A DNA stretch of 64,000 nt. Source: Podarcis erhardii (Eukaryota). Position numbers and translations under genes: made by a program. A model generated the notes under the pieces. The model was not told the DNA's origin and searched no databases. It saw only the letters and a list, made by a program, of their open reading frames with translations. This document shows, one piece after another, positions 32,480 through 45,096 of this stretch (its first letter is position 1; the number at the start of each line of letters is the position of its first letter). Location: assembly GCA_964252035.1 (NCBI GenBank), contig OZ176212.1. One strand, written 5' to 3'.

Positions 32480-33400
32480 TTAACGGTGCACCTTCCGGAT
32501 TCGAACGGACGAGAGGCGATCGTTACTCTACACATTCTCGGGAGCAGCACTTTCTCCCCGCCTCCCCCGTCCCTATTCCACGGCGCGGTTTCTGCAAGAG
32601 CTCGCTTGCCACGAGGAAACACGTTCCTCCGGGGTGGCCTCTAGTAGAAGCTCCGGATCAGAGGCTCCGAGCTTCTCTCTCTTCCTCCTCGCCCCCGCCC
32701 CTATTTCAAACCCCGAATACTCGTCGCTTGCGGGGCTGGAGAAGGGTGGGAGGGAGGGAGGGAGGGAGGGAGGGAGGACTCCTGGGTCCACCCCCTACTC
32801 GCGTCTGGTAGGAACAGGCGCCGCTGCTGCAGTTGCCACTCTCCCTGTCTTGCAGACCTCTCCACCAATGAGCGAGAACGAGGGAAGGCAACGTTGGCGA
32901 ATCTGCGAGGCGCACCGCCCCTCCGCCACCCTCCTCTCGACGTCTAACATTCTCCGCGTTCCCCCCCCCGCCCCTCGGAGCTCCCCCTCCCCACTCAGCA
33001 GGGTCTCTTCTCGGGGAGGGAAGAGGCGCAAAAGCGCAGCCAGGAGCCGATTCCGCCGCCCATCTCGAGGCGCTTGCCAAAGGGCGAGGAGCCTCCGGAT
33101 CCCGTTGATCGGCTCTGCTAGCCACCTCTGCGCCCTCCTCCGCATCATCATCATCATCTTCATCATCACCCTCGGCAGCCCCACCATTCCTCCCCTGCTC
33201 CAGAGAGGCCCGGGTGAGTGGGGAGGGGAGCCAGCCTGGGTCGCAGGAAGCAGTCACTCCTTGGCTCAACTTCCTTCCCGGACTTGGTACTGGCCCCGGG
33301 TGGGGAATCCGTCTCCCCTTCCTTACCCAGCCCCTTATCCTGCTGCCAGCTACCCTAACTCTCCATAGGGTCGTGGCGGAGAAAAAAGGGTGTCTACCAC
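32480..33400 (+). promoter_or_regulatory. CpG-island promoter and probably non-coding exon 1 of ZNF-B
   Basis: CpG-rich, with a (GGGA)n tract at 32748-32775 and a consensus donor ccgg|gtgagt at 33213/33214. Confidence 0.75.
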
Positions 33401-34077
33401 GTGGGTTGCCAGAAGCAGCTGTTGCTTGGAATAGAGAGAGGTGTGCATCACAACACAACCCCCCCCTTGGATTTCTAAGACGTAATTAGGCTAAACTTAC
33501 AGAGCTAGTGATATTAGCGAGCAGACACACGCCAAGACTGAGAGACAAAAGAGGTAAGTTTTAAGAGCTCGAGACTCCTGGGGGTTGCGGGGAAGGGTGG
33601 GTCTTATTTGAGGCCATGGCCTGCACAGGGATCCCTCTGCAGTTGTGATACCTACACATTAGTGCTGTGTGCTTCTGAGCTTGTGAAGGGTGCATAAATA
33701 AGCCAGTCGTTCTCTAGGAAGACAGCACTTTGCATCAGGGATTAGTAACAGGATTTCCAGACAGACTTGAATCATACCATGGCCTCATCCATCTTCCCAT
33801 ACTATATTCAAACCAAGTGGACTCATGCATGTTCATTGGGGGCTGGGGGCAATAGGTAAATAGATCTAAATATCTCCTGAATCTAAGCTAGGTGGCTGGC
33901 CTCACAGGATAGTTGTGAGTCAAAAAAGCTGCACTGACTTGTAGGGGGTTTGATGGTCTACAAATAAGAGTTGTTTAAAGAGGACTTTATTTTCTAATAA
34001 CTATGCTTAGGGTGGAGAGCCTTGGTCACTTACCTTTGTTTCTCCCTCAAAAGCCACTCACTTCCGCACTTAAATTA

Positions 34078-37000
34078 ATGATGGATGAGGACAAGGAGGA
34101 CATGAAAGAAGAGAAGTCAGAGGGGATTCCTATATCTGGCACACCAACCGAGGTCAAAGATGGGGGTGTGGTAAGTAACAGAGGCGCTTTGACACTGAAT
34201 GTTTCCCCAGATGCCTCTGGGTTTAAAAGAAAGACTCCTTTGTGGAAAACAGACCAAACCATCATGTCCGTTTCTGCTCAGACTGATATGACTAAAGCAA
34301 TCTCATGCTGGGTGAACAGCACTATGGGAAGATCTGGTGCCTTAAATATGTAAGGACCTAATTTGATCACCTAATGGATTTGTTTGTTTGTGTATGTATT
34401 TGTTTTCCCATTCTGTACCTTCAGAAATTGGATGTAGACAGGCCATTGATGAAGAATGCGGAAACATCTCGGGGATCCTCAGAGATACGGCGGAAAGGGC
34501 TGCTGACTAGAGTAAAGAAGGAAAGGGAAAGAGCACAGGAGAGTAAGGTGTGGCTATATAAGATCTCCAGGGACAGACCTATGATATTTGTTTTGTTCGG
34601 AAGGAGGGTGGTGAGGTGGAAGAAAGGAAAACTAAGGACTAGAGGTATGTGTGTCTGGCCTGGGTGTAATTTGCTTCCTACTAAATAATTCTGGGACAGA
34701 AAAGGCCCCATAAAAGACTGAGCCACACACAGATTTGAGGGAATAGGTTGGAAAAACCAGGATTCTGAGATCCAATGGGATGGACCAGGACTTCTTGGTT
34801 TGCAGGGAGTGTTTATTGATTGCCTTTCTATCCCATCCTTCTTCAAGGAGCTCAAGGTGATGAACATGTTCCCTTTGCCCCCTCCCCATTTTATCCTCAC
34901 AACAACCTTGTAAGGTCTGTTAGGCCAAGGGGTAGTGACAGCCTAAGAGCACCCAGCAAGTTTCATGGCCATGTGAGAATTGGAGCCCAGGCTTCCCTGA
35001 TCCTAGTGTAGCATTCTGACCGCTATGCTATGCTGGCTACTTGTGTTCTGCCCTGTCCAGATTACACAGGGTTGGTTGGTGTATTATTGTGCCTGACTTC
35101 ATAGAAAAACAATATAGTGTAGGGTTATAGTGCTGGATTAAGGGGTGGGAAGAGCAGGATCAGATATTCAAGCTTGATGCTGATCCGTGACCTTGGACCA
35201 GTCATATTTCATTCTCTCACACACATTCTCTCTCAAGCTAGCCTGTCTCACAGGGTTATTGTGAGGATAATGTGGGTGAGGGCTAGAGCAGCTTATACTG
35301 CCTTGAGTTCCTTGGAAAAAATATGGAATAGAAATCTAATGAATAAAAATAACGTAAAATCTGCTCCCAGCTACTTTACCTCTTCTTTCAGCCTCTGCCA
35401 CCTTCTCCAAGGAAATGGACACGGCTTGCCACTTCATGCAAAACAGAAAAGGTGGCAACAGAGAAGGAGGAAGAGCCTCCAATTGTGGTGAAGATGCTTG
35501 AGATCCCAGTGGGTGACAACATGGTGAGTAATGAAAGCAAACCAATGACTAGATCTCAGGGCTCTGGTTATGAACTTAATTCATTCCGGAGGTCCGTTCT
35601 TAACCTGAAACTGTTCTTAACCTGAGGTACCACTTTAGTTAATGGGGCCTCTTGCAGCCGGTGTACCGCCACCGCACAATTTCTGTTCTCATCCTGAGGT
35701 AAAGTTCTTAACCCGAGGTGCTACTTCCAGGTTAGCGGAGTCTGTAACCCGAAGTGTTTGTAACTCGAGGTGTTTGTAACCCAAGGTACCACTGTATAGC
35801 AGAAAAGGATACACTGTATAAAGTGCTCCTGTTTACATCCGCACCCCTTTCTAACGTATAATATTCTTCATTAGCATTGCCAGCCTTCCAACCAGCCTTT
35901 TTAAAAAGCAGCTTGATTTGGATTTTTATGGAGAAAATATGTCATTCATCTCCTTACTTAAAGATGGTTGCCGCCACCGTCCTTCAGTTGATATTAGAAC
36001 TGAATACAGATTTACAGATTGATAAAGCACTCCAGGCATTGTAGGTCTGTAGGGAATAGTGTTTTTCTAACAACTGTCAGCACCATTAACAAACTACAGC
36101 TCCCAGGATTCTTTGGGGGAAGGCATGGCTATTTAAAGTGGCATGGTACCACTTTAAATGTATGGTGTGAATGTGGCATAAATAACTTGCAGAAAACAGT
36201 CTTAAAAGGAGGTTGCATAACTTACTTACAAGCTGCATAGTTGTCCCAAGGAGGATGATAAACATGACAGATAGGTGACAAATTTCAGTTCAGCGCCATC
36301 TTTGCTACTATACAAGATAATGGGGTTGGCAGAGAGAAGAGAATCCATCAATCAGGAGTTGCCATAGCACGCTGGATAAGATTTTCTTATGTACTCTGGA
36401 ACATAACACACTAGCATGTACACTGAAGTGATTGGCCTGGTTATATTTTGTCCACAACTTGGAAAAGGGAATTTTAGAGGCGTGAATGTGAGTCATCTCT
36501 ACTCCTGGTAGGTGGAAACCATTTGGGTATCCAAGACTTGGAACATGACAGAAATCAATGTTAAACAGTTTTGCCAGATACAAGCACTCTTTGCTCCAAC
36601 TTTTCATCACAGTGATTTATATCTATATCTATATCCCATGGAAAGTGTTGTCTGCTAATTTCTGAAGAATGAGCCACCGCTAAATGAATAAGAGAATCCA
36701 TTAGAGATAAAAACAAGATCTTGCCTGCAAGAGTATTGTTCTTCAACTTTTAAAGGCAAAATCTGAATTATTTTGCTTTTTTCTCTTATTAAGAAACTAA
36801 GAATTGGAGAGCTGGAAAGGAACAAAGAGCAGTTGTGGCACACTATGGAATGGGCTACGTACTCACATTGTTGCTTTTTGCTAGTACAGTGGATAGTGTG
36901 AGAAAACTGCCACACAGGAAGCTCAGTGGCCTACCTATAAGCAAAAAAACCCACACATTCTGCATGCTGAGTGCTACATACATGGTTATCATTTTCAGTA

Positions 37001-40000
37001 TTCTTCTATAAGTTGCTTTCCTTTGGCAAAAGTCAGCACCGGTGGTGATTTCGATACTTTAAAAATGGCTGTTTGAGTTGGCTGCAGAGAACCCATCCTG
37101 TGAGGAGAAATTGACAAAGTGGTGTCTCCCCTGGCAACCATTTCTTACCTCCTTAGCCTTAGGCATGCACAACATTTGACTTGTTAGCCGTCTGTGATGA
37201 CCCTTGGTGACCTCCTGGGACAGTAAAACACAGTAGGGCTGTCCAGGATCATATAGGTCACACTATACTGTTGATGAGATGTACTTGGTTTAGTGCAGGG
37301 GTCACCAGTGCAGCAGCTGCCAGTGTACCCCCAGTACCTCCTATGGTGCCCACAAAAGGTCTCAGTAAATATCCCCTCAAAATCCACAGTGTATGAGACT
37401 GATCTTCCTGCTCAGTACCTCTTTGCATTTGTTCATCCTCTTCTGCACAACCCCATAACAGCCATTTTGTGATGGGCACCAATGGTACTTCTGCAGGATT
37501 CCAAATGTGCTCACTGCCTCCAAAAGGCTGGTAACCTCTGGTTCACGTGGGCTTAAGGCCATCTAGGCCTGTCTCAGCATTTGAGAACTATTTGACTCTA
37601 GAGGGATAAGATACGTGTAAAAATGCTCACTTTTTGCTGTTTTTGCCTTTTCTAGCCAGAGTGTTCATTCTCCCAGAATAGGTTAATAATGGAAGATGGC
37701 AGTGAGAAAGAACTGATAATTAGAAGAAGAGTGAAGAAGGAAAAAGATGAGGAAGAGAATCTGGAATTTGAAGTGGAGGTGAGGAGGGTTTCCGCAGGTG
37801 GGAAACCAGTGAGTGGAGATGAAGATGGGAAGGTGAGATGTTTTATTTGGGTGAGGGGAAAGAAGGACCAACTTTCAGGGGGGGAAAGGATTGCTTAACT
37901 CAGCCTTTGAAAAACTGGCCCCTCAAATGTTTTAGACTACAGCTCCCATCAGCCCTAGCCAGCACAGCTGGTTTGGAATTGTAGTCAAAAACATGTGGAG
38001 GGCACTATGTTTGCAACGGCTAGTGAAATCATTGTCTTGGCCAAACTTGCTCCATCTTGGTTCTACTGCCTTGCAGGACTTGCCATCTAAGGAAGAGATG
38101 AAGGCTGAGGTGGAGGAGCAGAAGGCTCAAGAATTTGAGATGCAAAAAGTCACCATCCCGATAGATGGGATTTTGGTGAGTACTGGGGGTAGCATAGCCG
38201 AGGGAATGTCAGGAGAGCTTGGAGGAGAGACTTGTGGTAGATGGAGGTGGGGGGTGAGGTGGTTCTATTGTACTGTTTCCATGATCTTTGGGAATGTTGG
38301 GTTTCTCCTGCCAGAGGCCTGATCTGCACTATACATTTAAAGCAGTATTGTGCCACTTTAAACAGTCATGGTTTCCCTCAAAGAATCCTGGGAACTGGAA
38401 TTTGCTATGAGTGCTGAGAGTTCCTAGGAGACCCCTGTTCCCTCACAAAGCTATAAATCTCAGAGCCATTCCCTCTTCCCAAGGAAATATAGGAATTGTA
38501 GCTATATGATGGGAATATGGGTCTCCTAACAACTCTGGACACCCTTAACAATTTTTGGGATTCTTTGGCAGAAGCCATGCCTGTTTAAAGTGGTACGATA
38601 CTGCTTTAAATATTTGGCACTGATGGGGCCAGACTGCCAAGGCTGCATCCTGATGTTAGCATTTTTTTGGTGAGTCTTGGCAGCTGTATGGCAGGGGGAA
38701 CGATGATGAAAGAAGTGGTATTTGGCAATTCTTCTGGCATTGTACAGGACAACATCTTACTAATGTTAGGACCTTGTAAGTCACTGAAACTCAAGAGTGC
38801 AATGAAGGAATAGTAAAGAAAAAAAATGCCTACATGCTGAATCCAAGATTCACAAAAAAGGCTTGGCGTCAAGATGAAGCCTTAACAATATGGCCAGAGA
38901 ACCAGCAAGGGAAAATTTGGCCACACGCCTCTTTTCTTATCACGCTGCTGTAGCACTGGGGCCACCACTAGTAGGGACCCTCTTTGTTGTTGTTGTTTAG
39001 TCATGTCCGACTCTTCATGACCCCATGGACCAGAACATGCCAGGCACTCCTGTCTTCCACTGCCTCCCGCAGTTTGGTCACACTCATGCTGGTAGCTTCG
39101 AGAACACTGTCCAACCATCTCATCCTCTGTCGTCCCCTTCTCCCTGTGCCCTCCATCTTTCCCAAGGGAGCCTCTTTAGCCTTGTCTAATCTCCTGCCAT
39201 CCCCACTTCACTTGCACACAATATACACTCCCTTTACAAGTAGGTCAGGTTATATCATCGGCAGCCTGTTAAGCCAAAAGAGAGGCTTGCCAAGCATATA
39301 TTAACTTTGATCTCTGGTTTTGACCAACTCTTAATACACTTTAGTTCCTGCTCTTATCAAAAGATGATTTCTAAAACTATGATACAGTACAAAGATGGAC
39401 TCCTTCTTTAAAAAAAGAATGACTTGTTTATGTGGCAGTTTCCAGGCTAGCACGCCTCATATCTGTTCCCAGAGTGCCTTTTTTTACAGCAGGCTAAGCT
39501 GTCCTAATCATTTCCTCCATTCCTGTAGGTGCCCTCCTCCTCCTCACACCCCAATACCTGTAGCGTTTGTGGCAAGAGTTTTAGCCGTCGCTCAAACTTG
39601 GCCAAGCATCAGATCATCCACACGGGTGAGAAGCCTTACCGCTGCAATGACTGTGGCCGCAGCTTCAACCAGAGCTCAGCCCTCACCAAGCACCAGCGGA
39701 CACACACTGGGGAGCGCCCTTACGTCTGCGGAGACTGTGGCAAGGCCTTCACGGCCAGCTCAAACCTCCTCCAACACCGCCGTTTTCACACAGGAGAGCG
39801 GCCCTATCGGTGTGAGCTGTGTGGCAAGGCCTTCTCCCAGAGCTCCAACTACAACCTGCACCGCCGCAGCCACACAGGAGTCACGCCTTATCAGTGCAAT
39901 GTGTGTGGCAAACGCTTTACCGGGAGTTCCTGCCTTACTCGCCACCAGAGGACCCACACAGGGGAGAAGCCATACCAGTGCCAGGAATGTGGCAAACGCT

Positions 40001-40548
40001 TTTCTGGGAGCTCCACTCTGGCCAACCACCGGCGCACCCACACAGGTGAGAAGCCTTACGGCTGTGCTGAGTGTGGCAAGAGGTTCACCCACCACTCCAA
40101 CCTAGTGGACCACTGGCGGGTGCACACAGGAGAGAAACCATATGTTTGCACCGAGTGCGGGAAGAGCTTTCGGCTTAGCTCCCACATCATTCGCCACCGC
40201 CGCACTCATGCCAATGCCCGTGGTGCTAGCCTGGCATATGACATCCTTGGCAGCGTCGATACAGCTGGCAATGACGCCAGCATTAGTGCCCATCACGTCA
40301 GCCTCCTCTATGAAAACGCCAGCAGCACTGACGGTGGCAGCCCTCATAGGTCCGGTCACAATGCCCTGTGTGCCAATAGCAGCATCTCCAATGGCAACAA
40401 TGATACCGATGGGGAAGAGGGCAGCCGGCTTCTCATCTGCAGCCAGTGTGGTAAAGGTTTCCGCCTGGAGTCCGGCCTTCAAGAAGACTCCGTGCTGGGT
40501 GAGGGACCCTATACTTGTACTGAGTGTGGCACCAGCTGTTGGACGTAG
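34078..40548 (+). CDS. C2H2 zinc-finger protein ZNF-B, about 587 aa, 8 intact fingers plus degenerate C-terminal remnants. Exons 34078..34311, 34425..34547, 35392..35523, 37677..37832, 38077..38175, 39529..40548
   Basis: The last exon (acceptor cctgtag|39529) carries 8 fingers with TGEKP-type linkers. Five upstream acidic exons have polypyrimidine-AG acceptors and GT donors, all phase 0 and stop-free. The finger exon is certain. The upstream exon chain is inferred. Confidence 0.8.
34860..35350. mobile_element. Two CORE-type (MIR-like) SINE copies in opposite orientation
   Basis: atcctcacaacaaccttgtaagg (minus, about 34890) and gtgaccttggaccagtca...ctcacagggttattgtgaggataa (plus, about 35190-35270). 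Further fragments lie near 3440, 32000, 43700 and 51080. Confidence 0.55.
35560..35794 (-). mobile_element. Tc1/mariner-type non-autonomous element (MITE), left end decayed
   Basis: Right end ggtaccactg followed by TA. The interior is the reverse complement of the copy at 55386-55643. Confidence 0.75.
37912..38010. mobile_element. hAT-type MITE fragment in a ZNF-B intron
   Basis: ggcccctcaaatgttttagactacagctcccatcagccc...ttggaattgtagtcaaaaacatgtggagggc, a palindromic arm pair. Confidence 0.6.
38986..39164 (-). mobile_element. BovB/RTE LINE 3' fragment with a 13-bp target-site duplication
   Basis: (GTT)n tail, then tttagtcatgtccgactcttcatgaccccatggacc...ccaaccatctcatcctctgtcgtccccttctcc, the classic BovB 3' end. 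Flanked by agggaccctcttt (38973-38985) and agggagcctcttt (39165-39177). Confidence 0.8.
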
Positions 40549-40894
40549 CCAGACAGTGGTGTAGCTGAACAGCAAATCTTCCATAGCCCTCCAGGATCTC
40601 TGGCTGGATCAGAAAGCAAAGCCTGAGTACAGGAGAGAGATTTATCTGTGACTTAATCAATAATGGACCAGAATGGAGAGGTGTATTTTGATCTCCATTT
40701 TTTTAATGGGTTTGGGGAAATGCTTGTATTGAACTAAGATTGGATCTGCTTCCATAGAATACTATGTTCACCTCCAAAGATCTGTTCCTGCTCTTGCTGT
40801 GAAGGAGTAAATAATATTGCAGAGTATGTGCATGTGCACGCGTGTTTGTTTGTGGTGGCAATCTTGATTTCTAGGACAGAATGGGTTTCTAGTG

Positions 40895-41030
40895 CAGGGA
40901 TGGGTAACCTTTGGCCCTCCAGATGTCACTGGACAACAGCTCCCATCATCCCTGACCACCGGCTGTGTTGATTGGAGCTGGTGGGAACTGGAGTCTTAAC
41001 AACTGGAGGGTCAAAAGTTACCCATTCCTG
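40895..41030. mobile_element. hAT-type MITE (136 bp) downstream of the ZNF-B stop
   Basis: TIR cagggatgggtaac / gttacccattcctg, with a degenerate 8-bp TSD ttctagtg / ctatagtg. Confidence 0.75.
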
Positions 41031-41054
41031 CTATAGTGCCACAGGATGGCATTA

Positions 41055-41165
41055 GGAAGATACTAAGAACATACAAGGCTTGCTGGAACAGCCCTGTGAC
41101 TTATCAAGTCCAGCATCCTGTTCGCACTTGCCTATGGGAAGCCCACAAGCAGGATGTGAGCTCAT
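41055..41165 (-). mobile_element. CR1-type 3' fragment
   Basis: taagaacatacaaggcttgctggaacag...caagtccagcatcctgttc...gcctatgggaagcccacaagcagg. Confidence 0.55.
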
Positions 41166-42179
41166 TAGACTTACCCTCCATATTCTGTATTCCCTCTAGC
41201 TTTCTCACCCAGTACTTTTGTTCTCTCCTTGCCTCTGCCTTGGAAAAAAGAAAATAGAAAATCACTTGTCTTCTCTTTTAAAATGCTACTATTCAAAAGA
41301 ATCAATTCCAGGATGCACCAAGAGCTTGAATAGATTTTCTTATCCCTATGTAATAAAGTTAAGGAAAATAATATCAGGTCAACAGTCAAGGCTCTGATTG
41401 AAGAAAGGAAATCATTAACACTGGTACAAGTAGCAGTACAGTAGACACAAAAGCTTTGGATTTGTGTCACTAGCTCCCCCTTCTGGCAGGAAAAGAGACA
41501 CTTGAAGGAATGAGGATGTATCCATTGTGGGAATGGATGCATAGAAGATGGTCTTCTGTTTTTTGTTTTCCTAAGGCAGAGGGTATGTATGTGGAAAAAC
41601 ATATATGTCATATATATATGTTTAAGATCATTAGACTTCATAGACTCTTACTAGTATTTGTAGAACATCTAAACCAAAATTTGGTCCCTGAATAGACCTG
41701 GTCACTCCTGATTACTAGGAAAGGTTATGAGGACACTTTTTACACACCTATGTCTTGAAACATAGAAGCCTACAGAGCAAGGCAAGCCACATACTTCAAG
41801 CAGCCTCAGACTGACAAAGCAAGTGTTCACAGTGAACTTCATTTGTGCATATGAAATTTCTGCTTGGCCATTAATAGTGCATGGACAATCTTCAGGCTAA
41901 TATTCAGCTTTGTAGGAGAGAGCAGTATCCCAGGAAAACACACACACTACTACCTTAATCAATCTCTTAACAGTGAGAAATATATTACCATCTTCCATGG
42001 TCTAGGGACTTAGGGTCTGGGCTGTATATGTTCTGTGCTAAAAGAAAAACTTTTCACCCAAAAAAACACACACTAACCTGAAATAAATCATGTTAAATGG
42101 AAGTGTAATCTTTTATCAATCTTAGAAGCAAGCCCCATTCAGTTCAATGGTGTTTTCTCCCAAGTGAGTGTAGGGCTAG

Positions 42180-42350
42180 AGCCTAAGCAACGTAGGAAAT
42201 TGTCTCATAGCTTGCTCAGTATTGATGATATTGGTAGCGGTTTTCCACAGTTTCAGATTGAGGTCTGCCAGCCCTACCTGAAGATGTTGGATTGAATCTG
42301 GGATCTTCTGCATGCCAAGCATGTGCTCAACCACTGAACTATAGCCTTTT
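42180..42350 (-). mobile_element. tRNA-derived SINE
   Basis: The minus strand begins ggctatagttcagtggttgagcacatgcttggcatgcagaagatcccagattcaatcc (A/B-box tRNA head), followed by a body shared with the copy at 58775-58905. Confidence 0.65.
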
Positions 42351-42889
42351 CCAAATCGCATAGAGCTTTGTAAAATTATTTATTCTGCTTCCCCCAAACC
42401 CACAAGCTACATGTAAGCATCTATTAGTACTGAAGTGCTAGCCTATGACCAGTGAAAGTTCTGATCAAGCCCAAATCTAGTTTCTGATCCCACCAGGCAC
42501 TGATCCCATGTCTTCCAAATTTCTCTTTGCTGCCATGAGGGCTAGAAATGGATTGGTTTTCATGCTTTAAAGGAAATGTCTTTCAGTTCTGTAATATGAA
42601 GAGTGGAAAAACATATTTCTTTTATTTCCCCCCTAAGATTATTGCTGACACACATGGCAGACAAAGGCATTGTGATAGAGTGACTTAGGAACACAACTTA
42701 TTTATTTATTTGTGGGGGGGGGGGTTGGTTACATTTCTAACCTGTAGTCTTCAATAAATAATGTTCTTGGGATGGCTTGGGAAAAAATATTTCAGCCAGA
42801 TCTGAAAAACCAGTAACTGATGACACATAAAAAATAATCAAGAGGGGAAGAATGGGTAAGAAATTTCACCATGGCTTAAAATACTTGGA

Positions 42890-43200
42890 TTGTTGTTTGT
42901 TTGGTTTTTTTAAAAAAAAATAAACCTGGGACAAGAAAAAGGTATTTATTTGCCTGGTGCTGAACTGAGAAACAACATAGGTGCTAGGTGAGCTTTCCAG
43001 ATGAAGGGGTTTCAATGCCTGTGCCACCACCAAACAGGCACTCTCCCCGGCCATGATATATTTTATGTTGGACAGGGGGTAAACCCAGTAGAGAAGCTCA
43101 GAGGACAGCCTCAGTCTATTTGTGGACTGATCCAGGTGAAGATAGTCTAACAGGTATCTGTCTACTGAGCCATGTAGGGCTTTAAAGGTAAGTACCAATG
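42890..43200 (-). mobile_element. L2-like LINE ORF2 C-terminal remnant
   Basis: Translates as VLTFKALHGSVDRYLLDYL...RLRLSSELL...ACLVVAQAL, the L2 C-terminal pattern. Confidence 0.6.
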
Positions 43201-45029
43201 CTTTTCACTAGACTAAGAAATAGACCATGAATCAGTGATATTTTTTTCAACACAAATTAAATATAAACCCTGCAACACAAGGGGTACCCTGGCAACTGTG
43301 TTTTGAACAGCCTTTTCCAACTCTTCAAGTGCAACGCCACGTACAAATAAGCTCTCTCATCCTAATTGTGCCTTTACTCGCTTCTAGCTTTATTACGACA
43401 ATGCCAGCAAAGGTGCCCAGCCTATTTCTGTGAATTTAACCCTTTAGAATGGAAAATCTAGGCAATTCTTGGGAGGAGGCCTTTCTGCTTTCGGTGGCTG
43501 CTGGGAAACATTGTGTGTTAAAGCATGCAGTGCAATGAATTAGAAACACCACCACAAAACTGCAGTTTAGTTTGAACAAAAACACAAAAGCATCACAGAA
43601 TCTATGTTCAGGGTCCAACCTCTACCAAGTTCAAATTGTTATTGATCATAAAAGGTCACTGGGTGATTTTTGGTGTGTCACTGTCTCATGGCATAACCTA
43701 CCTCACAAGGTTTTTGTGGTGTTAAATGGAGGGAAAGAGCTGCTTAGAGGAAGGAAAGGATAAAAATCTAAATAAAAAAATTAAAATGTAAAGGCTTGGG
43801 GCTAAAATCCCATATTCAATTATCAGAGGCTTATTTCTGTGTCCACAAATATTGGATTGCACTGATAATTATTGCAGGGTTATAAACTGTATGTTAAGGA
43901 TACTAATGTTTAAAAACTGACCATTCATCCTTTGGCTTCAATAACAGCCTGATGGACCAAATTTAAGAAGTCAACATTTTTTTTCCACCACCTTAGAAGG
44001 AGGCTGAAAAAGAGAAATGCCAGGAGAAACTTCCCCATTTTGGTATATTTTCCTACGCTTGGAATGGAGAGTGAGATACAGAAAATTTAGAAGCAAATTT
44101 AGCAGAATCAGGATTAGGTATTTCATTGCTTAAATCAAAAATATGAAAGAAAAATCGCTGAATTCTCACATAAAAACAAAATACATAATGTATTTAGTAT
44201 AATATATTTTATTAGCTGATCAATGTATTGTACATACATTATAAAGATAGAAATTTGGGCAATCTTAGGGGTTAATACCAGCGAGATTTTTATATGCTAG
44301 ACGAGACATGGAAGTAGCAGTAAGGGGGAAGGTGGTGCTAAGTGTACCTTCCTGTGCAGCATCCCCCCCTCCCTGTTTGCCCCAAGCCGACAACAAAGCT
44401 TAGCTATGGGATCACAAAGTGCAAGAGCTGTCAACATGCATAGCCTGGTGAGTGATGGGAAGTCCAGAGCTGGGGTTATTCTATTTATTATTTGTAACAT
44501 TTTTACTTTTCAAGTCTGTGAGTTTTGGGGCATCAGCAAAGCTGGGGTATTGGGAGGTTGGGATTATTGGATATGAGATTTTGTCTGCTAGAAATAAAAA
44601 GTTAGAAGTTTGCAAGCTGGAATAACTGCAGGTTGGGTAGTTTCCTAGATGATGGTGGTGATTGCCGCTTCTCCTGGGAGAAATGTGGCCTCACAAAGGG
44701 ATGTTGCTTTGCTGTATGTAGTGAAGGAAGAAGGCTGCTGGTATAACTTGCCTTTGCCATAGCCTGACCCAGGTAAGCTGTCCATCTTAGTTGCTGGAAG
44801 TGTAGGATATGAAAAAGGATGAAAGCCCTTTCTGAGGCTGTAGGCTAGTAGCATGAGCTAAATGGGAAATACTGGACTAGTAGTAGAGTTGTTTTCTCGT
44901 GTTGTGGCAGAAGACCGGGGAGGGTCATGAGAATCTTTCACGTTAGACATGTCTCCCAGCTACAAGATCTTTATCTGTTGTTTTAGAGTCTGCTAGGACC
45001 TGTCCCTTTCAGCCAACGAAAAGCACACC

Positions 45030-45096
45030 ATGTTACAGTTTAGGAATGTAGTTACAGAGACACCGAGAAGAGAATTAATAGACTCCTTTTCTCCAG
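45030..45096 (+). CDS. Candidate upstream coding exon of ZNF-C (MLQFRNVVTETPRRELIDSFSP-G)
   Basis: Acceptor tgtccctttcag| at 45012, accATG at 45030 and a strong donor ccag|gtaagg. The phase-1 end fits the ZNF-C acceptor at 47367. Confidence 0.45.

Noticed and set aside
32634-33458. 244-250-aa ORFs on both strands of the ZNF-B CpG island
   Set aside because: Low-complexity GC-rich frames with no domain. The frame that would splice in phase 0 to the next exon has no ATG after its last stop.
34312-34353. Stronger-looking donor at|gtaagg (34349/34350) for the first ZNF-B coding exon
   Set aside because: Splicing from it to 34425 gives ATA AAT TGG ATG TAG (a premature stop). The upstream phase-0 donor at 34312 keeps the frame, though a non-productive isoform cannot be excluded.
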